Positions 36,221-43,954 of a stretch of DNA of 56,868 nucleotides are shown here, piece by piece. Where the stretch lies: positions 1 through 56,868 of the forward strand of contig JAGMCR010000005.1 in NCBI GenBank assembly GCA_023129115.1. Reading direction: 5' to 3'. Numbering within the stretch: position 1 is the first letter of the stretch; each line of letters starts with the position of its first letter. Origin of the DNA: Candidatus Iainarchaeum sp. Its GTDB lineage: Archaea; B1Sed10-29; WALL01. The notes below the pieces were generated by a model that saw only the letters and a program-made list of their open reading frames with translations, was not told the origin of the DNA and ran no database searches. The translations under genes were made by a program, and so were the position numbers.

Positions 36221-36975
36221 AGCTCCACCTCCCTGCCCGCCTGGTCGCGCTTGTACTGGAAGAACTCGGAGTTGCGGAGCACCGTGCCGTCGGCGACCGG
36301 GCCTTCCTTGCAGACGCGCCACCCTGTCGGGTCCACGGAGCAGTGGCCGCATACGCCGATGCCGCACTTCATCCAGCGCTCCATCGAGAAGTACGCGGGC
36401 ACATTCGCCTTTTCGCAGATTTGGAACAGGAACTTGAGCATTACCTCGGGGCCGCACGCCGCGACAGCATCGAACTTGCGGTCCTTGAGCAGCCGCTCGG
36501 CCACGACAGTGGCGAACGCCTTCTCGCCGGCAGAGCCGTCGTCCGTGCACATGTGCAGGCCGGGGAAGTACTGCCTGAAGAACAATTCTGTCTTGTCCTG
36601 CGCGCCGATTACAGAAGTAAAGTCTTTTTCGCCGTACTGGGCAAGCGCCTTCATGGGCGCGATTCCGACCCCGCCGCCCACGAGGAGGACGCGGTGGCCT
36701 GGAATCGAGAAGCCGTTGCCGTACGGGCCGCGCACGCCGATGTAGTCCCCTTTCTTGAGGCTGTGCAGGGCGTTGGTTGCCTCGCCCACTTTCTTGACCG
36801 TGATTTGGTTTGGCCCGCTAAGGCTGATTGGGATTTCGTCGACGCCGGGGACCCACACCATGATGAACTGCCCAGGCACAAAGTCAAACTCGTGGGCGAA
36901 CTCGAACGCCTTGACAGTCGGCGTGAGCTTCCTCACGCCCGTGAGCCTGTAGCTCTGGGGGAAGTCAGTGGGCAC
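36217..36975 (-). CDS. pyrK: Dihydroorotate dehydrogenase electron transfer subunit
   Basis: RGPYGNGF, GGGVGIAP, CGP, CGIGVCGHC..VCKEGP. Confidence 0.95.
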   Translation of the reverse strand: MPTDFPQSYRLTGVRKLTPTVKAFEFAHEFDFVPGQFIMVWVPGVDEIPISLSGPNQITVKKVGEATNALHSLKKGDYIGVRGPYGNGFSIPGHRVLLVGGGVGIAPMKALAQYGEKDFTSVIGAQDKTELFFRQYFPGLHMCTDDGSAGEKAFATVVAERLLKDRKFDAVAACGPEVMLKFLFQICEKANVPAYFSMERWMKCGIGVCGHCSVDPTGWRVCKEGPVADGTVLRNSEFFQYKRDQAGREVEL

Positions 36976-37870
36976 TGCCGACCAGCTCCTCCAGTGACTT
37001 TACGCCGTTTTCCTTCATCCAGGCCTCCATTTCCGAGCAGGCCTTGCTGAACACGTCGATGCCGCGGTAGTGGATTCCGGACCCGATTTCGACTGCCGTT
37101 GCGCCCGCCATCATGGCTTCGATGACGTCGGTTCCGTACATGATTCCGCCGACCGCGACAATCGGGGCGTCGATTTTTTCGTACAAGTCGTAGATGCCCT
37201 TGACCATGAGTGGCCGCACCGCAGGGCCGCTTATCCCCCCGGTCTTGAAGCCCATGACGGGCTTGCGGACGTTGACGTCGATGACCATGCCCGGGCCCCA
37301 CGTGTTGAAGCCCGCGATTGCGTCCGCGCCGTTGTCGACGCACGCCTTCGCGACCTCGAGCATGTTGTCGGTGTTCGGCGTGAGCTTGGGCATGACAGGA
37401 ATGGAGCCGGCGACTTCCTTTATTTTGTTGATTAGCTTGCCCGCGGTTTCGGGGTCCTTGCCGAAGACTGCGCCGTGCTTTTTGGTGTTGGGGCAGCCGA
37501 TGTTCACGTCGAGCATGGCGGGCTTGTTCTCCACAATTGCCTCGGCGACTTCCACGAACTCGCTGATTGAGCCGCCGTAGAACGAGGCGATTACTGGCAC
37601 GCTGATGTCCTTCAGCTCTGCCCACTCGCGCGTCATGTTCTTGTAGCCCGGCGTGGGGAGGCCGACGGCGTTCATAAGCCCCTCGCCCCAGCACAGGACC
37701 GTGGGGTTGGGGTTGCCCTCGCGGGGCTCGGGGCCAATCGACTTGATTGTGACGGCGCCGGCGCCGGAATCTGCGACGCGCTTGAGTATGGACGCGCTCG
37801 TGCCAAGGAAGCCAGCTGCGAGGATTGTGGGGTTTTTTAGCTTTAGCCCAGCAATTTCCATAGTAAGCAT
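36965..37870 (-). CDS. pyrD: Dihydroorotate dehydrogenase, family 1B
   Basis: NAVGL, NIGCPN, KLTPN, GGISG, VGGI. Confidence 0.96.
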   Translation of the reverse strand: MLTMEIAGLKLKNPTILAAGFLGTSASILKRVADSGAGAVTIKSIGPEPREGNPNPTVLCWGEGLMNAVGLPTPGYKNMTREWAELKDISVPVIASFYGGSISEFVEVAEAIVENKPAMLDVNIGCPNTKKHGAVFGKDPETAGKLINKIKEVAGSIPVMPKLTPNTDNMLEVAKACVDNGADAIAGFNTWGPGMVIDVNVRKPVMGFKTGGISGPAVRPLMVKGIYDLYEKIDAPIVAVGGIMYGTDVIEAMMAGATAVEIGSGIHYRGIDVFSKACSEMEAWMKENGVKSLEELVGSAH

Positions 37871-37967
37871 TAGGAACCATTTAGGGAGAGCAGGGTATAT
37901 AAAAATACTCGTTTCACGGCGTATGCCGGTAGAACCTTTATATATCCCCCGCAGGAAAACTCTTTTA

Positions 37968-38357
37968 ATGAAGGCTCTTTTTGTTGGTCGCTTTCAGCCG
38001 TTCCATGATGGGCACGCCCATGCCATAAAAGCCGCGCAGGAAAAGTACGGCGAGGTAGTGGTTTTGATTGGCAGCGCGCAGAAGCACGGCACCAAGACCA
38101 ATCCCCTGACGGCGGACGAGCGGGCTGCACTAATCCGGAAAGAGTTTCCGGACATCAAAATCGTTACGCAGGACGACGTGTTCAACGACGAGCGCTGGGT
38201 GCGCGAGATAAAAGAAAAAACGGACTTTGACGTCGTCGTGTCGAGCAATGACTGGGTGAAGCGGTGCTTCGAAAAGGCAGGCTACGAAGTAGTCGAGCCC
38301 GAGCTGCACGAGCCCGAGAGGTACAGCGGCACAAAGATGCGGGAGGGGATGCAGTGA
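37968..38357 (+). CDS. nadM: NMN/NaMN adenylyltransferase
   Basis: GRFQPFHDGH, GSAQ, NPLT, SGT.R. Confidence 0.9.
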   Translation: MKALFVGRFQPFHDGHAHAIKAAQEKYGEVVVLIGSAQKHGTKTNPLTADERAALIRKEFPDIKIVTQDDVFNDERWVREIKEKTDFDVVVSSNDWVKRCFEKAGYEVVEPELHEPERYSGTKMREGMQ

Positions 38358-39154
38358 ACATTCTTGACTACGCGCTTGCGCTTGACGTCGGCACTGGAGA
38401 CGTGACGAGCAACGCGCTTTTTTCGAAGAACCAACGCACGAAAGCAGCAGTCATTGCGCGGGACAGCGGCGTGCTCGCCGGCGTGGAGGAAGCCAAGTAC
38501 GTGTTCGCGAGGTGCGGCGCGAAAGCAAAGCTCCTCAAGAAAGACGGCACGCGAATCAAGAAAGGCGACAAGATAATCACTGTCACCGGCCCGGCCCGCG
38601 CGGTCCTCAAGGGCGAGCGCACTGCGCTGAACATCCTTTCGCGGATGAGCGGCATCGCTACCGAAACGAGCAAATTAGCCCGTTATTGCATTGTTGCAGC
38701 GACGCGCAAGACCGCTCCAGGCCTCGCGCTGCTGGACAAGAAGGCCGTGGAAATCGGGGGCGGGATTAGCCACCGATTGGGCTTGTGGGACATGACACTC
38801 ATCAAGGACACGCATCTTGACTCAATGAAGATGCCGCGCAGGAAAGCGATTCGAGAGGCATTGAAGAAGGCGAAGCCGCCGGTTGAGATTGAAGTGGCAA
38901 ACAAGGCGGAGGCGCTTTTGGCCGCTTCGCTGGGCGCGGACATTGTGATGCTGGACAACTTTTCTCCGGCAAATGCAAAGGCCACGGTAAAAGAGCTGAA
39001 CAAGAACTACCCGGACGTGTGCATCGAGCTCTCGGGCGGGATTAACGAGAAGAACATTCGCGAGTTCGCGAAAGCCGGGGCGGACTATGTTTCATTGGGC
39101 GCGCTGACTCACACGGTGAAGCCGCTGGACTTTTCGATGAAAATCGAGAACTAG
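38354..39154 (+). CDS. nadC: Quinolinate phosphoribosyltransferase
   Basis: ERTALN, TRKTAPG, HRLGL, MLDNF, SGGI. Confidence 0.93.
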   Translation: MNILDYALALDVGTGDVTSNALFSKNQRTKAAVIARDSGVLAGVEEAKYVFARCGAKAKLLKKDGTRIKKGDKIITVTGPARAVLKGERTALNILSRMSGIATETSKLARYCIVAATRKTAPGLALLDKKAVEIGGGISHRLGLWDMTLIKDTHLDSMKMPRRKAIREALKKAKPPVEIEVANKAEALLAASLGADIVMLDNFSPANAKATVKELNKNYPDVCIELSGGINEKNIREFAKAGADYVSLGALTHTVKPLDFSMKIEN

Positions 39155-39288
39155 TCTTCGAATAGTTTTCCTTTTTTATGGTCTTCGAGCACTTTGATGG
39201 ACATTTCAAGCCCCCCTATTATCCCCCACTCTAATGAATGAAAAATGGAGTTTATCCTTCACTCAAATGGAAACATTTATAAATAGGC

Positions 39289-39323
39289 GTGACGTCCTCC
39301 CCGGCCTGAAGGCCGGGGCTTCC
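39289..39323 (-). mobile_element. IS200/IS605-family right-end hairpin, orphan
   Basis: Minus strand GGAAGCCCCGGCCTTCAGGCCGGGGAGGACGTCAC, the typical tnpB-element end; no tnpA or tnpB in the window. Confidence 0.75.
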
Positions 39324-39494
39324 TCTTGTTAATTTTAAATAGCCGCAATGCCTTTACAATAAGGGGCACGGAGGCATTTCAACTGGAAACCCGCTATCCA
39401 CCGTGGTTCTTGCTTCCCGCCCAGCACTATCTTCTATTGATTATACTCCAATAAAAGCATACCTTTATATATGATTATAATCAAATTAACTAAC

Positions 39495-40772
39495 ATGGTT
39501 GAGCTTCTTGAGATATTGGCCAAGATGAACCCCTGGTGGCAGGGAAAGAAAATAGATTCAGGAATTGAAAGGCCAATGTACCTGAACAAAATAAATGATT
39601 ATCTGTCCACGAGAGAAATTGTAGCTGTGAACGGCATACGCAGAAGCGGCAAAACCACCCTTCTTAAGCAATCCATAAACGCCTTGCTTGACAAAAAAGT
39701 AAGCCCAGCGCACATTTTTTTTGTTAACTTTGACGAGCCAGACATACGCAATTTGGAAAATCCGGTAAAGCAAGTCCTGGAGACATACGAGCAAGAAGTC
39801 AATACGGAAGAGGCATATCTGTTCTTTGACGAGATACAAAACGTGGGAGAATGGGAGAGGCACATAAAATCGGTATACGACCAAAAAAAACATTACGTGG
39901 TTATAACCGGCTCGTCGTCAAAGCTGTTGGAAAACAGGCTGGCAACCCTGTTGAGCGGAAGATACTTGCCAGTGAACGTTACACCTCTTGATTTCAGAGA
40001 GTACCTAAACTTTCATGGAATAGAGGTTCCGAAAGATAAGATGGGTCTGGCAGCAAACAAAAACAAGATAATGAAAAAATTAAAGGAGTGCCTTGCCGAA
40101 GGCGGCTTCCCAAGAGTGGTGCTACAGAAAGACCCTGAACTAAAAAAAGAGCATCTAAAAGCATACTATGAAAGCATAGTGTACAAAGACATACTGCTTT
40201 CACACCCAATACGCCAAACAAAAACATTGAGGGAACTGTTGTATTACTTAATTTCAAATTTCACATCTCCCTACACCTACGACAACCTAAGCAAGAATCT
40301 TAAAATAGATTTTGCTACAGTAAAAGAGTATTTGGGCTACATTCTGGAATCAAAAATGCTGTACGAAACAAACTTTTTCAGCTATTCATTAAAAACGCAG
40401 GCCAGAAACCCTAAAAAAGCGTATTGTGTGGATAATGGCCTGAGAAACACAGTGAGCTTCAAGTTTTCTGCTGATTTTGGGAGATTGGCCGAGAACCTTG
40501 TATTCGTCGAGCTAATGAGGAGAGGCAAAGAAGTCTATTACTGGAAGGGTAAAAACGAAGTGGATTTCATAGTGAAGGAGAAGGGCGGTTCGCTGAAGGC
40601 CATAAACGTGACCTATACCAATGAAGTCACCGAAAGGGAAATAAAGGGGCTTCACGAGTTCAAACAAGAATTCAAAAAAACAAAGCAATTAATACTAATC
40701 ACAAAAGACATAGACAAAAGAGAGGGTGGCATACGCTTTGTCCCGTTATGGAAATGGCTGCTGGTGGAATGA
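39495..40772 (+). CDS. AAA_14 plus DUF4143 ATPase, AT-rich
   Basis: NPWW, GIRRSGKT, FFDEIQ, GGFP, DNGL, EVDF. Confidence 0.93.
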   Translation: MVELLEILAKMNPWWQGKKIDSGIERPMYLNKINDYLSTREIVAVNGIRRSGKTTLLKQSINALLDKKVSPAHIFFVNFDEPDIRNLENPVKQVLETYEQEVNTEEAYLFFDEIQNVGEWERHIKSVYDQKKHYVVITGSSSKLLENRLATLLSGRYLPVNVTPLDFREYLNFHGIEVPKDKMGLAANKNKIMKKLKECLAEGGFPRVVLQKDPELKKEHLKAYYESIVYKDILLSHPIRQTKTLRELLYYLISNFTSPYTYDNLSKNLKIDFATVKEYLGYILESKMLYETNFFSYSLKTQARNPKKAYCVDNGLRNTVSFKFSADFGRLAENLVFVELMRRGKEVYYWKGKNEVDFIVKEKGGSLKAINVTYTNEVTEREIKGLHEFKQEFKKTKQLILITKDIDKREGGIRFVPLWKWLLVE

Positions 40773-40831
40773 AGAGCTTAACAAAATGTTCCCCGAATAC
40801 GCTGCCCCACCGCAAGCAACATACACAAAAA

Positions 40832-41488
40832 TCATAAAATGGGCGGCATCCTCTTCTTGTGCCGCGCCTCTTTCTTCCAGCGCGTTACTTTCGCGCTCTT
40901 TTTCTTTCCCTTGAGAGCGGCGTCGATTTTTTCGTACGAGAGGCCGAGCTCTTTCTCGTCGGTCTGCCCCCGCCACAGGCCCGCGCTGGGTTTTTTGCGG
41001 ATTATTTTTTTGGGGATGTTTAGTTTTCGCGCGAGCTTCGGCAAGTCCGTCTTGTAGATGTGCCCAATCGGGAAAAAGTCCGCCGCACCGTCGCCCCACT
41101 TCGTGAAGTAGCCGATTTCTTTTTCGCTGCGGTTGCCGGTGCCCGCAACGCGGCGGTTGAGGAGGTTGGAGTAGTAGTACAGAAGAGTCATGCGGGTGCG
41201 GGCGCGCAAGTTAGCTCTCGCAGTCCTGTCACTCGGCTTGCATTTTTTGTCGAACTCGCGGACGATTGGCTTGATGTCGATTACTTTGTAGTCAATTCCG
41301 AGCTGTTTCGCGAGGGCAAGCGCGTCCCTGTAGTGCGAGTCCCTGCGCTCGGGCATGATTAGTGCGAGGACTTTGTTCTTGCCGAGTGCCCGCGCGCAAA
41401 GCGCGGCGACGACCGCGGAGTCCATTCCACCCGAAAGGCCCACCACCACGGCTTTTGCCTGGCGCCTGATGAAAGCAAGCTCCCTCAT
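40832..41488 (-). CDS. nadE: NH3-dependent NAD+ synthetase
   Basis: GLSGGMDS, NLRARTRM, GYFTKWGDG, PSAGL..GQTDE. Confidence 0.96.
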   Translation of the reverse strand: MRELAFIRRQAKAVVVGLSGGMDSAVVAALCARALGKNKVLALIMPERRDSHYRDALALAKQLGIDYKVIDIKPIVREFDKKCKPSDRTARANLRARTRMTLLYYYSNLLNRRVAGTGNRSEKEIGYFTKWGDGAADFFPIGHIYKTDLPKLARKLNIPKKIIRKKPSAGLWRGQTDEKELGLSYEKIDAALKGKKKSAKVTRWKKEARHKKRMPPIL

Positions 41489-41490
41489 TG

Positions 41491-42312
41491 CTACTCCCTC
41501 TTTTTCCGGGGGCGCACGATGGCCGCGAGCATCGCGCCCACCGCCGATATGACGCCCATTATGACGAAGCTCAGCATCAGGACAAAGACGTCGATTTGGC
41601 TCGGGTCCAGGAACTTGATTATGCCGGTGAGCGACACGAGCGACGTCACTGAATACACTGCGAAGAACAATGTGGGCATGAATGCGCCATAGACTATTTC
41701 AGGCACGACCGGCACCTCGTACTCTTCCTTGACCGTGATGAGCGTGGTCATGAACGCGATGAGGAACACGAAGATGTATAAGCTCCAGAAATGGGTCTGC
41801 AGGATGGGCTCCTTCTCGAGGAAGATGCGGTAGGTGCCCTTGTTGACGTCATAGCCCCGGAACTCTTCCCGGCCCCACCAGCCAGCCTCGCCGAGGATGC
41901 TCTCGCTCTCCAGCGCGGCGAACGCTACCACAGTGTCGTCCGGCAGGCCAATGATTTTGGGGTTCAGAGTCAGCTTCGTGAACGCAGCGCTGGCAATCCA
42001 GTAATTAAAGTAAGTGTACGCGCTGGGCGTGACCGGCGGCGACTTAATCATCTTGCTGAGCTCTTCCGCGCGGGCGGACGCGGCCTTGTACTCCAGGGCC
42101 TCCACCGTCTTGCCGTCGGAATAGGCGGTGCCCGCCTTGGTCTTCATCATCTTGGAAATGAATGTCAAGTCGTTCTGGACCCCCTCGACCTGTGACGCGT
42201 ACATGGCGTGGAGGAAAACGCCGTAGGCCATGCCGACAATCAGGAGCAGCGACGACCCGATGAGCAGCACCCGGACTAGGTCAGCGAAATTGAAGAAGTC
42301 CTTCAGGCGCAT
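41491..42312 (-). CDS. Membrane protein, about 4 TM with an extracytoplasmic loop
   Basis: Hydrophobic pattern; start MRLKDFFNF. Confidence 0.8.
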   Translation of the reverse strand: MRLKDFFNFADLVRVLLIGSSLLLIVGMAYGVFLHAMYASQVEGVQNDLTFISKMMKTKAGTAYSDGKTVEALEYKAASARAEELSKMIKSPPVTPSAYTYFNYWIASAAFTKLTLNPKIIGLPDDTVVAFAALESESILGEAGWWGREEFRGYDVNKGTYRIFLEKEPILQTHFWSLYIFVFLIAFMTTLITVKEEYEVPVVPEIVYGAFMPTLFFAVYSVTSLVSLTGIIKFLDPSQIDVFVLMLSFVIMGVISAVGAMLAAIVRPRKKRE

Positions 42313-42404
42313 TAGAAGGGAGAAACAGCGGGGGGGAATAAAAAGGTTATGCCGCCACAATGCTAATAAGGGGGAAAGCGAAAGGTAACCTGGGGAGAGG
42401 GAGA

Positions 42405-42842
42405 ATGAAAAGAATCTATCTAGATACCAACGTATACCTAAGCAAGTACAGGGACGAATTTTACTCGGGGAGTGTCCCCGCCTATGCACGCTATAACTCA
42501 GAGCAAATACTGGAGAGGACGCTGGCCTGCGAGTTTTTTGTATTTAGCTCTGATTTGGTGTGGAGGGAAATAACAAGCAAGTTCAGTTACCTGGAAGAGA
42601 GCTTCTTGAGCGACATGGACGCACTCAAGGAAAAGAACAAGATGCGAATGCTTGAATCCGCCCCTTACCTCAATAAAGCAAGAATGCTCAACAACAAATT
42701 TGGGCGCACGCTTGGGTGGAAGGACTGCGCCCACCTGCTCATGAGCAGGGACGCGAACGCCACCTTCATTTCCTGGGAAGGCAAGCTCGTTGGGGCCGGC
42801 AAGAAAATAGGGCTAGAAGTATTCAGGCCTGATGCGCTTTAG
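42405..42842 (+). CDS. PIN-domain (VapC-like) nuclease
   Basis: IYLDTNV, E in VWREI, DCAH, SWE. Confidence 0.88.
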   Translation: MKRIYLDTNVYLSKYRDEFYSGSVPAYARYNSEQILERTLACEFFVFSSDLVWREITSKFSYLEESFLSDMDALKEKNKMRMLESAPYLNKARMLNNKFGRTLGWKDCAHLLMSRDANATFISWEGKLVGAGKKIGLEVFRPDAL

Positions 42843-43121
42843 CTTCGCTGACGTCTCTGCGATGTGCTTCGCTTCCAGCTCCGCGGCCTTATCCCAGTCG
42901 CCCCCAGCCATCTCAAAGAATTCCCGCGTCATCTCTTCCCGCGCCTCCCGCACTTCCCTCGCGACAGGCGGCTCTATGTGGCGATAAAGCTCCCTCCTGA
43001 CACCCGAAACAAAGAACTCGTTCAAGCTCGTGTAATGCCCCAGCTCCACAGTCTTCTTAATGTCCCTCAGCAATGCCTCGGGAAGCCTCACAGAAACAAC
43101 AACAGACACGTGTATTACCAT
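42813..43121 (-). CDS. Ribbon-helix-helix (CopG-like) regulator or antitoxin
   Basis: VVSVRLPEALLRDIKKTVELGHYTSLNEFFVSGVR. Confidence 0.85.
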   Translation of the reverse strand: MVIHVSVVVSVRLPEALLRDIKKTVELGHYTSLNEFFVSGVRRELYRHIEPPVAREVREAREEMTREFFEMAGGDWDKAAELEAKHIAETSAKLKRIRPEYF

Positions 43122-43130
43122 AGTAATACA
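43111..43130. promoter_or_regulatory. Inverted repeat, probable RHH operator
   Basis: TGTATTAC-CATA-GTAATACA over the RHH start codon. Confidence 0.7.
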
Positions 43131-43189
43131 GGTATTTATTGTTATGCCCTGACCAATCCTTAAATATCCCGCTGCTGATATACCTAGTA

Positions 43190-43954
43190 ATGGTGAAGGG
43201 CAAGACGTTCCACCAGCTGCACAAGGAAGGCGCTTTCGAGGCGCCGGCCAGGGCAGACACGAAAAACGCCAAGGTCCCAAGTGGAGTTGTTTTTGACGCG
43301 CATACCGGCGAGGGGAGCGGCTGGGGCGGGTCGCACCGCATAAACAAGGGACTAAGAGAGGGAGTCGAGCACGCGCCCAGCCCATCGCAATGCTTGAAAG
43401 AAGAGAGTTATGACGATCCGTACACATCAAGTGCTGGAGGCACGCCTTTTAGTTACGGCCAAATCTACGAGTGGACAGATGAAATTAGTGGGCTATCGAA
43501 AAAATGGCACAGGGAATACATGAAGCTATTCAGCAAGATAGATGATGCCGAAGAATACGGCGAAGAAGGCGAGGAACTCGAGCAAAAAAAAGCCGAGCTT
43601 GCCGGGCTCAAGAACGGCATGCTGCAAAAGCTCAAAAAAATTAAGCGTGAGCCACTGAAATTGAACGATGTTCTCGACTGCGATAGTAAAGAAGACGCGT
43701 ATTACATGACATTTGACGGGTTATCCAGTGTGATCAAGGGCGACGAAAGAGGCGCCCCTGTAACAATAACGCTAGTGCTCCGCAAAAAAAGCTGTGACTG
43801 GGTTATAAAAAAATTGGGGGAAGGCTATAAAATACACGACATAATCAAGCACTACGCGCCAAGGCTTTCCAAAGAACTCTTCAAAGTGGTCAGCTTACAG
43901 CACCCGGAAAACCCAAATCCCTACGAGCGGCCTGGCACGATTGAGCTGGGGTAA
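43190..43954 (+). CDS. Hypothetical protein
   Basis: 254-aa ORF with a TTAAATA promoter; no motif recognised. Confidence 0.8.
   Translation: MVKGKTFHQLHKEGAFEAPARADTKNAKVPSGVVFDAHTGEGSGWGGSHRINKGLREGVEHAPSPSQCLKEESYDDPYTSSAGGTPFSYGQIYEWTDEISGLSKKWHREYMKLFSKIDDAEEYGEEGEELEQKKAELAGLKNGMLQKLKKIKREPLKLNDVLDCDSKEDAYYMTFDGLSSVIKGDERGAPVTITLVLRKKSCDWVIKKLGEGYKIHDIIKHYAPRLSKELFKVVSLQHPENPNPYERPGTIELG

Noticed and set aside
39151-39260. Short minus-strand frame ...GGLEMSIKVLEDHKKGKLFED*
   Set aside because: Too short and without recognisable homology; at most a gene remnant.
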